Assembly: GCA_032718475.1 (NCBI GenBank)
Contig: JAUCBJ010005663.1
Span: 1-50,456 of the forward strand
Direction: 5' to 3'
Length of the DNA stretch: 50,456 nt
From: Nemertoderma westbladi
Taxonomy: Eukaryota > Animalia > Xenacoelomorpha
Each line of letters starts with the position of its first letter. The stretch's first letter is position 1. The notes beneath the pieces were generated by a model. The model ran no database searches and was not told where the DNA came from. It saw nothing but the letters and a program-made list of their open reading frames with translations. The position numbers were made by a program, and so were the translations under genes. Below, one piece after another: positions 39,326 to 50,456 of this stretch.

Positions 39326-40272
39326 GAGTTTATGCAATTATTCGCAACATTCATATCCCCAAGTTTATTCCTACAGTAATTGTGCTTGTTATACATACCG
39401 TTATAGTTAAATTAACCCCGGTACTACATCAGGGCTGCTTGGCGTAGGTAAAGACTGGTGATTTTGTGCCCCGGTCACTCCAGCAGATACCGTGGTTCTT
39501 TTAGCTGTACAAGTATTTCTAACTGCTAGTTATTTGTTGTATAAGTACTTGTACCTAATTTAGGGTTTAGTGTACAGTGCTTTCCGAAGGTAATTAGTGT
39601 GTAGGCAGTATATTTGTGTTGTAAAGTGGTTAATAGGCACGTTGGTTCTGGTAGACCGCGGTAATTAACTTCTAGGTAGGAACACTCCGGGCACATAACG
39701 TAGTACTTATAGAGCGCTACGGCTATAAGTCGTCAGACGGTGGTATTTTCCTATCTGGACAATGCAATATATTTACTACTGCTTTATTATTTTCAAATAC
39801 CGAAGTATCCTGTCTGTTTGTAATAACCAGAAATTCTAACCCCTTGTTAGGCTGGTTTGTAGATTTCTTGTAAAATTAACCCTAAAAATTCGTACGTGTA
39901 ATTTTTGTGTTTATTTAGAGATTGTAATCTCACCCCGAATTGTACGTAATTTGTAGTATTAAGTAACTTAGGTAAATTAGAATTATTTGTTTTAGTGTCC
40001 AACAAGTAGCACTTCACTGAGAGCGCACAGCTTCTGTGTAGTGACTCCTTCCCAGAAATAATAACATTTATTTCAAATATTGACAAAACCCATTAAACGG
40101 GTACACAAATATTATAAATCAACTCAAACCGATTTATAAAATAGTAGGCCTGTCTTATAACAATTAGGTCTTAATGTCAGTTGGACTACTGCTTAAATAA
40201 CGGCAATCAAGTAAAGTAAAGTAAACAAGTAACCCCTGAAATTCAGAAATTCAATTATTCTAAAATAATTGA

Positions 40273-40645
40273 CATACCGGTATTTACGATAGGCTTATTA
40301 TATTTATTTCTATAAATTTGGGCTGAAATTATACTGGTATTCTGTAATTAATTCTAGTCTATAATTATACTTATATACTATAAGTATAAGCTGTATACCG
40401 GTATTCACGATAGGCCTATTATATATTTCTATATATTTGTGCTGAAATTATATACCAGTATTCTGTAATTAATTCTAGTCCATAATTATACTTATATATA
40501 TTATAAGTATAAGCTCTATACCGGTATTCACGATAGGCCTATTATATATTTATATATTTGTGCTGAAATTACATACCGGTATTCTGTGACAAATCTAGTC
40601 TGTAATAATACTTATATATATACTATAAGCATACCGGTATTCTAA
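40273..40645 (+). repeat. ~120-bp AT-rich tandem repeat, ~3 units
   Basis: ATACCGGTATT(C/T)ACGATAGG at ~40274, ~40395 and ~40518. Confidence 0.88.
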
Positions 40646-43600
40646 TATATTATATATATATATCACGCTAAACTGAGTAGCAGTATCGGTAATTAATTAC
40701 TAGGCTAACAGTTGATACTGAATTACCAGACTTGCTTTAACTGTAATATAGCAGTAGGCATTCAACTGTACAAACAAACATGTCTGACACAAAGCAAAAC
40801 CTGTCAGACAGTCTCCTAGATACAACCATCTGTGACCCAGACAGGAGTGTGGAACGTGTGAGACCAAAGTTCAACTCACCTCCTACTGTAAGAAAGATCA
40901 TCCCTCCAGTAGTAGTATCAGACCCTAGGCTAGTCCAACACCGTAGGTCTATCATAGGCACTCGAGCTCAGGTCAAGCGGGACCAAGAAGCAGCGGAACA
41001 GCAGCAACACTCGAGCCGAGAACTTATTTCTCAGCGGCCCGACAGCTCCAGTTGTGCGGATACTGTAGAGCTGACACCCGAGCGCGGAGCTAAGATGGCA
41101 GATGCGGTTTATTCGGATCCCCTTCTCATCCTTCCTGCAGCCGTACTCACTAGGGTATTGATTGCGGTGGAGGAACACCAAATTGATTGGGCGAGAAGTA
41201 AGCGATCGACCAAGGATAGTTATGCGTGATACACAAGGGAAGAACTGAAGTCTATTGTCGAGTCGCAATGGAATTTCCCCGGACCCGGACTCCCGTTTGA
41301 CTTATCGGAAGCTGCCTGGGAAGACATACACAGGATGGGAGTAACGAAAGACACTAGGGATCCAGCTGTGTGGAAGAGGTCGGCAGCAGGATATGTACAG
41401 GGATTCTTCAGCTCTTTGAGCGATTAGAAGAACAACTGTTTCGACAACCCCAAGGACCTCAAGAGCAGGGAGAGCTGCTTTATCAAGTTCGAGAAAGAAT
41501 TCTAAGAATCAGACTAATCCTATCGGCCTTTGAGGAAGCTTCGAAAAGAAGACAAGACACGTCATTGCAAGTTGCCGTAAAGACTTGGTTTCAGCGGGTG
41601 AGTCTCAAAGTTCAAGGAACGGCCCAGTGGAAATCTCAGCTGGCTGAGCGCTCAACCCATGGAGAGTCAACAGACGCTACCTTTTCCCAAGTGGAAAGTG
41701 AAGCGACGGCAGAGAAACCGCATGAGAGGGATGCTATTGACATCTATCTGTCGGACTATCAACGATTTGTAGGTGACGAAGAGTTGAGGAGACGGCTGTC
41801 TGGACTTAGCCCTAATAGTGAAGGAGCCAAGCTCGTGTTGGACGCAATCGATGCGGATATGATAGCTGCGAACCAAGCTAAATTTGATGAAAGGCTCCGC
41901 ATCGCTAGGGTCCAAGAAGAACAAGTCAAGAAAAAACGTATAGAAGACAGAAAGACAGCAGCAGCGGCTATGGCAGTGGCAGAAGCGGAAAGAAAGGCGG
42001 CAGAGGCAGCAGCAGAGTCAAAAGCGGCAGCTGCAGCAGTAGAAGCGGAAAGAAAAGCGGCAGCTGCAGCAATAAAAGCGGCAGCGGCAGAGGCAAAAGC
42101 GGCAGCTGCAGCAGTAGAAGCGGAAAGAAAAGCGCCAGCGGCAGAAGCGGAAAGAAAGATAGCAATGGCAGAAGCAGAACGAAGAGCATCTGAAGAGACC
42201 ACCCAACTAGAGTTGGAAAATATTCAAGAGAATCAAGACTGCATAAATAAACAGTTAACAGCTAGTAATATGCAGATGATGAATCGATCTACTCCCAAAA
42301 GACAGGGATATACATCATCTGATGAAGGCGATACCACCGATCCTGAAGGCGGAGGAAATAGATCTCGTCTAAGCAGACGTAGAAGAATGTCCCACCGTCA
42401 GAAATTGCCTGATTTGCCCCCAGCTGTTAGAAGGCAACTAACTAACACAGACTTAGGTAGTACAGAACCCACAGACCAAATAATTAAAATAGAAAGACTC
42501 CCTACTATAGTAGATGAGCCTGAAATAATTAGGCCTGTTCTTGAAATCACCCCTTCGGTGATAGAGACACCTGTACTCCCAGAACCTACCGCTAAATTCC
42601 CTTTGCACAGTACTAAACTACCTGTGCCCCACAAAACAACCCCTGAGACAGTTCCTGTCCTGGACTCCGAGTGAAAGATCAATGATTTGTCGCCCGTTGT
42701 CCCTCGTCTACCCGCTACTACGTTGGCGGCTCCCGCTTCGGCGGTCGAGTGGGTGGATGAAGGGCGGCGGGGAATGAATCTCCTGCTCGGGCAGATGCAG
42801 GAGACTGTTCATCAGTTTAAAGGAACAGTAAGGGAAAGTAAGTTAGAGTTGCAAGAAGTGCAGCAGAGTATCGCATTAGAACGCGATAAATTAGTAAATA
42901 CACAAAAGGGTATACCACCACCCCCTGTAACAATGTGTCAACCTGTTAGGTCTGAAGTATTTCATGCGCAAGGTGTGGAGCCTACACGCATCTATACTGC
43001 TAGTGAAGTGGAAACTCCTATAATAAACCCTATTAAGGGTAATTATAAACCTGTTGACAATGATATTCCATATAGACTTGATAATAATCCGAGAAATTTA
43101 TATACCGATAACTCGATATTAAATAACACGATGGCCCAAGAAAGTTTTACGTATCAAATGGCTAGAACCGAAGCCCGTCAAGCAGTAAAGGTGGGAGAGA
43201 TCGTCAAGTTCAATGGAGATGAGATGAAATGGTTACCTTTTAATGAATATTACAAAGATAACATACAGAACTCTGTGTTATCTAACGGAGAGAAACTTAG
43301 ATTCCTCATCGAGTGCTTGAAAGGATCTCCCAAGTTAATGGCGTTAAAGTTTATTGGACATCCAGATGGATTAAGACAAGTTTGGGATACACTAAACATC
43401 AGGTATGGTAATAGGACTAACATAGCTAGGTATTTATATGCGAAATTAATGGCGCCCCGAAAGTTTCTTAGCAGCGTGATTATAGAGTTTTCCGACGAGA
43501 TTCAGGAGATCTGTAGACAACTAGATTGGTTAGGTAAGTCTCATGAATACCAGAATTCTATGGTTGTAGGAGCCTTAGCATCTACTTTGCCCAAGGGTGG

Positions 43601-44070
43601 AGTAGGTACACGCTGGGACAAGAAAGTGTTATATATGATGGAAAAACAACAAAGAGATCCTACCATGGCTGATCTCATGTCATTCTTAGATGGAGAGGTA
43701 AAATTACAGCTCCTAAAGCAGTCCAGAGAGAAGACACCGGAAAATAAGGTAAGTGAGAAACCCGTTTCTAGGAGAAAGGTAATACCAGTGTGTTATACAG
43801 ACGACGGCGAAAGCCAGGCTTCTCAAGAGGAAGACAGCGGGAAAAACACGGAAAGATCTTACTATGACAACAAAGCGCCTAAGGACGTAAGTAAATTCAA
43901 GTCTCGAACCAATGACAGGAGAGAACAGGTAAGAAAAACTCCTCCTACGTCTCCTAAGAGAATTCATGTAAGAAAGCCCGAGGAAAGAACGAGTGTGCAC
44001 AACGTTACTCAAAGTAAGGTAAGTAACATCAAACCAAAATGTGTGCTGTGCGACGGGCTCCACCGTTTAA

Positions 44071-45626
44071 CCCTATTAAACCCGGGGGGGGGGGGGTCAA
44101 TATGACCCCCCCCGTGGTTTTTTTATTATAATTCTGAAACAAACGCAGTTGGGAATCTGAAATTTTATGACTTTTCCAAAAAATCTATTGTCTTCATGGT
44201 AGTGAAAACTGTTTTCAAAAATATTGGGTACTTTTCGAGTTATAGCACCATTTTTTAACCCTACTTTTGGCACTTTTTTTGAGACGTTTTTTGAAAATTA
44301 CATTTCATTAAATATGAATTGTAACATCTCGGTTTTTGATTTACACCGGTTTTTTGGTGTTAGAAATTGGATGGAATTCATATAAATTGATTTAGAAATT
44401 TCAAACTTGTTTTTTTCGATGGGTGCCAAATTTTGGTGCCAGCACCAAATTTTGAAATAAGTCAATTTTGTAAATTGATTGTTGAAACTTGTTTTTTACG
44501 CAATTGGGGTTTTTTGAGGTTCTGGATTCGATGAAATATATACGAGTTGAACCAAGCGTATCAAACTTGTATTTTTCGGTGCTGTGTGCTAATTTTGGTG
44601 CTAGCACGAAATTTTGAAAATCCATTCAATATATAAAATTGCTTGTGACAATTTATTTCTTGCGTTTTAGAGGTTTATGGCTGTTCTGAATTCAATGGAA
44701 AATATAATTATCGAACTAGACATCTCAAACTTGTATTTTTCGGATGTGGGTGCAAAATGTGGTGCTAGCACCAAATTTTGAAAACCATCAAATATATCAA
44801 TTGATTGTTTCACCTTGTTTCTTGCGTTATACGGGTTTGTGATGGTTCTGAATTCAATGGAATCAGTAAAAATTTCATAAGAGTTCTCAAACTTGTATTT
44901 TTCGCCGGTGGGTGAAAATTGTTGTCCCAGCACCAAATTTTGGAAAATATGCAAACTGATCAGTAGATAGTATCACCTTGTTTCTTGCGTTATACGGGAT
45001 TATGAGGGTCCTGAATCCGATGGAATCAATAAAAACAGCACTGGACATCGCAAACTTGTACTTTTTGGTGATGGGTACGAAATTTGGTGCTAGCACCAAA
45101 ATTTGCTGAATTACACCGAAAAATACAAGTAGCAATGATCTGGCATATTAGAAATGTATTCCATTAGAATCAGCGCCCTTGAAAACCTGAAAATGTGAAT
45201 TTATAGCATCGTATAAGTGAATTAAAAATTTTGTGTTCTAACTGAAAAGTGCTGGTTACTTGTTTTTTTCATTTTTTTCCTACGCAGAGAGGACTAAACA
45301 GCCATTTATAGTAATCATATCATTTTTAAATATTTTCCAATGTATTTTGCACCCCAAAAAACCTGTATTGAAAAATAATTAGCGGAAAATGTAACTTTCA
45401 AATTTTGTGAAAATTGTGCACTACTTGTAATTTTGGTGCTGCAATATAACCACCCCAGTACATTTTTTCGAAAATTTTTTTTTTCGGTCAGATCCAGACT
45501 AGTGATACCTACGTACAAACAAAAAATCAGACGTTTTCGTAAATATTTGTAGATTTTAGAGGGGGGGGGTCAATATGACCCCCTCCCGGTATTTGTACAA
45601 CATTTTATAGCCCGGTACTAATAGGG
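44071..45626. mobile_element. piggyBac-type non-autonomous element inserted in gag
   Basis: TTAA TSDs 44067-44070 and 45627-45630; TIR CCCTATTA...CCGGG; GGGGGGTCAATATGACCCCC palindrome near both ends; no transposase. Confidence 0.93.
44400..45110. repeat. ~162-bp tandem repeat inside the piggyBac-type element, ~4.5 units
   Basis: CAAACTTGT at ~44402, 44562, 44725, 44888 and 45050, each followed by GGTGCTAGCACCAAATTT-like motif. Confidence 0.9.
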
Positions 45627-46699
45627 TTAAGTGCGTGTGATGAATTCCTAAAGAAATCATTAAAGGATAGATGGGAAGTCATGTGGGATAAGCGGTTGTG
45701 TTATAATTGCCTCAGACAAGGACACCAAAGGCGAACCTGTTACTCCGACGCAAGGTGTGCGAAGTGCGGTGCAAAACATCATATCTTGTTGCACACTGAA
45801 TTCGAACGAAACAGCCCGAGTCAGGTAAGTGATTCCGAACTACATGTCCAATTCAGTGATGTGAACTACACTGACCAAAGTTCTGAGATGGAAGGATTCT
45901 AAACGGACGAATTCTCCGATGAAAACGAATCCTGTTACCTGATAAATATCGCAGTGTATCGAGCACTTACGTATGAAAAGGACACCGACAGCGAGCTCCC
46001 CCTAACTACTTCTGACCGACAACCATCTTGGAAAGCACCAACTTCCAATGTAGGAATCCGAGAATTTCCCGTAGTGCAGTTGAGGTTCCACGGACCTGAA
46101 AGGAGTTATATAGTGAACGCCCTCCTTGACTCCGGTAGCACAGGAACATTCATCGACAAAGAACTAGCCGAAGACATCTTTGCTGGACAACCCAAGTTCC
46201 GAACTAAGTTAAACATGTCAGGAATTATGCAGGTTTGGAAATCTGCAGTAATAGCAGATTATTATGTAGGTGCGTTGTCCACCCCCCAGGATGAACTAGG
46301 AGAACACAGTATAAGGTCAGTAAAAATGGTGGCGATAAAGAACTTCGCTACCAACCAAGTAGAACCTTATAACTGGGATGAGGACGATTTCACCCAGCAG
46401 CTTAAGATACCTAGATTCAACGCAGACTACCCTGGAGTGCAAATACTCATCGGCCAAAATGCACATGAAGCGCTTGAGACATTGGAGAAACGGCCTGCTC
46501 AACCGCAACCACTACAAGCCTATGCGGGAAGAACTAGAGTGGGTTGGTACTTTACTGGCCCTTCCCGTAGAACTCTCATGGAAAGGTTACCCAAAGAACG
46601 GGTATACCAAGTAAGTGAATGGGAAGCGGAGAGCAGTGAGGTAGACGACCCAACTGAGGGAACACCATACTGTACTCCTCAGATAATGACGATATTAAC

Positions 46700-47344
46700 T
46701 CCAATGTAGATCAATGGAGATATTGCCCCGAGATGATTAATCTAGCCGACATCGCTTACAGAGAAGCAACTCCTCAAGAACTGACAGATACTCCAGACTG
46801 GTTAGGTGGACCCGACTTCCTAAGTAAAGAAGATGAATGGCTTCCCCATCTTACCACGGCTGAGATTAGACAAGCCAAGGGAGCGGAGAAAGTCAAACCT
46901 AAAACCCGGACGAGTAAATCAAGGTTATTTAAACCCGTGATAGATCTGCCTGTACTATACATTGCCAGGGATGACGCTGTGGATCTAAACTCCCCCACCG
47001 CGAACCGATCTGTTGTGGAGATCAGAGAGAGAGACTGGAGATCTGGAACACCAGACGTCTCGCCAGGACTCTCACCTCTCCTGCCGGGAGCGATGGACCA
47101 CTATAGATCCTGGAATCGGCTTTGTAAGGCCGTCGTGTATTTGAAGCGATGTTTCTATCGTCACTATTCCAGGACGAAGAGGAAACCTGGAATTGTATTC
47201 GAAACACAACAACTCAATCGCCCAGTTGGTCGTTTATGTTTACTGGAAAGAGGCCGAGAACTGTCCGGAAACTATGGAAGGCAAGATGCTCTTCCCACGA
47301 CCACCTCCCTAATCCAACAAACATCTAGGGACTCCCCAACGTAA
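46700..47344 (+). pseudogene. pol: BEL/Pao pol remnant (RNase H end, linker, integrase C-terminal tail); RT and integrase core absent
   Basis: QWRYCPEMINLADIAYR (cf. W..V....NPAD..SRG), WLGGPDFL...EW, YRSWNRLCKAVVYLKR, then LNRPVGRLCLLE (BEL C-terminal RP..KLC.L motif). Confidence 0.85.
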
Positions 47345-47895
47345 CAGCGTCTGGAGTGGGTGTGTGACCATATTAGTTTATATTTGTTTTTATTATTTTA
47401 TATTTATGTATGTATTATTATGTAATTTTATTGTAATCGTTTTCTTTAATTTTATTTAGCAGAATGTTATTTTAGCGATTATCTAGTAGATTAGTGCAAT
47501 ATATATTCGCGTTTATTACTTAATTACTTATATATTATATAATTAGTGCGACGGCGAGAAATAATTCTTTTTCTCTTTCCTTACTGTCCGTATTACATTA
47601 TAAATACGTGACTACAGTAAGATGAAATATCCGTACTTATTAAAGTACAATAAAGCTCCTACTATATTCAAGTATTATTGGTAAGTAGAGTATTAGGAAT
47701 GCAAAGTTCAGATCCTCGTGTCTCAGCTAAACCAAGCTCTGGGTAGACCTTGGAAACGACTTGCCTCTTCTCACTGACATTGCTTCGTGCGATATTGCTC
47801 TCATACCGTATATTAAATAATACATATAGTAGCGTGATGTCCCTTTAACAGTAGCGTACAACGCAAATAAATCTGTTAAACCATTTGACCATCTG

Positions 47896-48200
47896 TAATT
47901 CTAGTCGATTAAGATATCGCGGCACCCACCGATATACTTGAAAGACAAAATTCTAGAATCAGTGGTTAACGTCCCCAGACAAGTTCTGGAATAAACTAGT
48001 GCCTATTCTAAATATTAATTATTAATATTTACAAAATCTGTCAAATTTTAGATCCTTTAAAATTCTAGTCTATTAAGATATTGTAGCACTTACCGATACT
48101 CTTAAAAGAACAAATTTCCTAGAATCAAGGATCCCAGTCCCCAGATATGTTCTGGAATAAAATTGTGTCTATTTTAATATTAAATAATAAAATTTACGGG
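47896..48200 (+). repeat. ~165-bp degenerate tandem duplication
   Basis: AATTCTAGTC.ATTAAGATAT at ~47897 and ~48062; GTCCCCAGA..GTTCTGGAATAAA twice. Confidence 0.8.
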
Positions 48201-48524
48201 AATAAATTTAAATTCATATCTTTTAATGAATTTGATAAATTGTCATTTTTATACAATTTATAACATTCCCAAAATTCCATTAATTAAGAGATCATGGGAG
48301 CGGAGATTCGCCTTATTAAGTGTATTAGTGTGCGAGAATCTCCAATATATAGTCAATAGCCGATAAAATTCATAAAATCATGTATAAAGAGGAATATTGA
48401 CAATTAAAGAATTACTATTAAATAGCATCCCAGATCTGTATGCATGAGAATTACCCTAATTCTACCGCTAGCTTTCCATAATGTCACCATGGCAACAACC
48501 ACACTAGAATTAGAAGTGAGTTAA

Positions 48525-50456
48525 AAGAACAATAGAAAGCTTGCCCCATTGAATAGCATAGGGAATAAATAGCACACTGCTAGTATCCAAGGATACATAA
48601 TAATAACGTGGCATTCTGGAAGGCACTGACTAACGAACAAATGGCCCGAATGTGTGCGATTTGTGACAGTTGTGTGGAATTTGTGCGTTTATAGGTGAAT
48701 GTTACTACTAAAGTGTGTTTACAGTAGCGAGTCGCAATTGTGAAAGTAGCCCTAACTCTCCAGCAAGAACCTGAAGTAAATCTAAGCCTTTGGGACGGAC
48801 GGTGGAGTGACTCGCGCTGGTTGTTGTGGTCGTTGTGCAGCTACGACGTTGGCGATAGGCAATTCGGCGAAAGTACACCAGCGCTGAGGATCTTGCGCTG
48901 TCCGGGGGCCGAGAGGGGTAGGCAGCGACGCCCGCTAGCCTAAATATAAACTCATTATAATATTGATAAACTCATATAGCAGATATGACTGAGTTGATAG
49001 AAGATGATCTTGGTATCAGGGAGCGATATACTCTACCTTTACAAGCGTTTGTTGATAGCTTGATACGCAGCGACGCTAGTCCAACAACTACGAAGGACGA
49101 TGGTCGTTATATCGAACCGCCGATGTCCCAGGAGCAACTTACGCGTGAATTGGACTATCGAAAATTCACTGCTCGCTATACGCATCGTAATGGTACGTAT
49201 ATGGACTTCTTAACTATTGGTCATCTTATCGATTTACACGATACGGACGATGTCGACACCGAAAGGGAAATGGTACTGTTTAAATATCCCACCCAGCGGA
49301 GTCGGAACAATAAACTGAAAATCGAATTCGAAAATTCTATTCGAATTCGACTCGAAAGAGAAGACGTTAAAGAACCGGATAAACGCAGTAACTCCAACGT
49401 ACATTTGGAATTCTTGAGAGAAACGTTGTAAAACCGAATAAATATCACCCGCGTTTCCCCTACAAGACGTGCGTCTTTGGTATTATTGCGATGAATGCCC
49501 AAGACCCAACCAACAAATGGAAAAACATAAACATCTGCGGAGATGTTGTTTTAAACACGGTTTTACTCGCTATATTTACGGGAGTTTCGAGCGAAACTTG
49601 TTCGATGTATCACCTACGCTCGCTCGATTCAAACGATCCTTAAATAAACCTATGATCAGAGTTCCGGAATACTCGGTCAGACCTCCTCACTCCCTAGTGA
49701 GAGACTCTTGATCCTAATAGTATCACGGATCCTCCCGAACTGTACTCACTGTTCAAAGATCTAGTGTTACCCGAACAGTTAGTCGGTGGCACTCAGGTTG
49801 TGAGCTCCCTAGATATTCGCCCATCTTACCTAGTCGGATTGGGACGCGGACATCTAATATCGCCATTCAACCGTATCATCGTCCCTGTTTAACCCGATAC
49901 AACCTGTCACCGAGGCGGAGGAGAGAGTTGTACGAAACGCGTTAGACACTATTCGTCAAAAGATCGGAAAAGGAACCTACAATTGTTTAGAGAAACGTAA
50001 ATTGCAGCAGCAAGTCCAAGCGGTAAACGAATTAGCTTTATCTCAGTTCGATCAGGAAATCCAGAATTTCCAAGAAGATATCGAACTTGGACGACTCTAC
50101 TCTAAAAGAGTTTTAGACGAATGCTTCCGACAACAAGCGGAGGAAAATCAGCTCGAGGAGAAGCATATCGATTCCGATAGAACCCGAGAACGCAAGTTGA
50201 AAAGAATCATTAAACCGAGGAAATTTCTCACTACACACGGTCCACCTACCGCTCTTGTGCAGACGAATCGTCAGGGACCAATAAGAGCTGCTGTTTTAAA
50301 ATGCGCTCTCAAGGTTGTTCGACCTCGTTCCACTGAGGTTGATACCGATCAACCGGGTACTTCGAGCGGCGGATACACCGACTGTCATTCTAAACCTTCT
50401 GATGCAATTGTATTGCACCCTTCACCCAGGGGTTATATAGCCCTCCTAGTAAAGTG
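48525..50456 (+). mobile_element. 3-prime internal region, copy C, with the best-preserved accessory ORF blocks
   Basis: Homologous to 1-~1465 and 2846-~4365; ORF 48985-49431, block ~49440-49892 (frameshifted near 49700) and a stop-free frame 49858-50456 running off the window. Confidence 0.85.

Larger units (their letters stand above)
40780..46709 (+). pseudogene. gag: BEL/Pao gag-protease polyprotein, disrupted
   Basis: KFNGD..KW..F...LSNGEKL.FL...LKG...L..RYG (DUF1759-type BEL gag); after removing the MITE, CVLCDGLHRLSAC / CYNCLRQGHQRRTC / CAKCGAKHHILLH knuckles; protease ALLDSGS..TFI and ILIG. Stops at 41227, 42672 and 45900 and a frameshift near 41.4 kb. Confidence 0.92.

Noticed and set aside
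41667-42682. Minus-strand Ala-, Leu- and Cys-rich ORFs
   Set aside because: Antisense shadows of the low-complexity gag region.

Overview
Repeat-dense eukaryotic (metazoan, probably invertebrate) DNA; no prokaryotic features or CRISPR. Main contents: (1) a BEL/Pao LTR-retrotransposon family seen as two stacked '3-prime internal region + ~1.2-kb LTR' units (1-5681) and a long, probably non-autonomous copy (LTR 37286-38465, disrupted gag-protease with most of pol deleted, unknown 3-prime accessory ORF blocks running off the window), whose gag is split by a piggyBac-type MITE; (2) a ~12.9-kb 14/16-bp minisatellite (11596-24455) that explains the giant spurious ORFs and lies inside a TTAA-flanked, Kolobok-like MITE shell; (3) two diverged pseudogenised copies of an unrecognised triple-CCHC-knuckle ORF, each just upstream of a polypurine tract and LTR-like sequence; (4) a rearranged Ty3/Gypsy (Mag-like) remnant, a TSD-flanked deleted LTR element, an RTE-like LINE 3-prime fragment, several fold-back MITEs and short tandem arrays; (5) one host-gene signal, a terminal exon of a fibrinogen-related-domain protein (26838-27007). 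All alignments and translations outside the supplied track were done by eye; no database searches were run.
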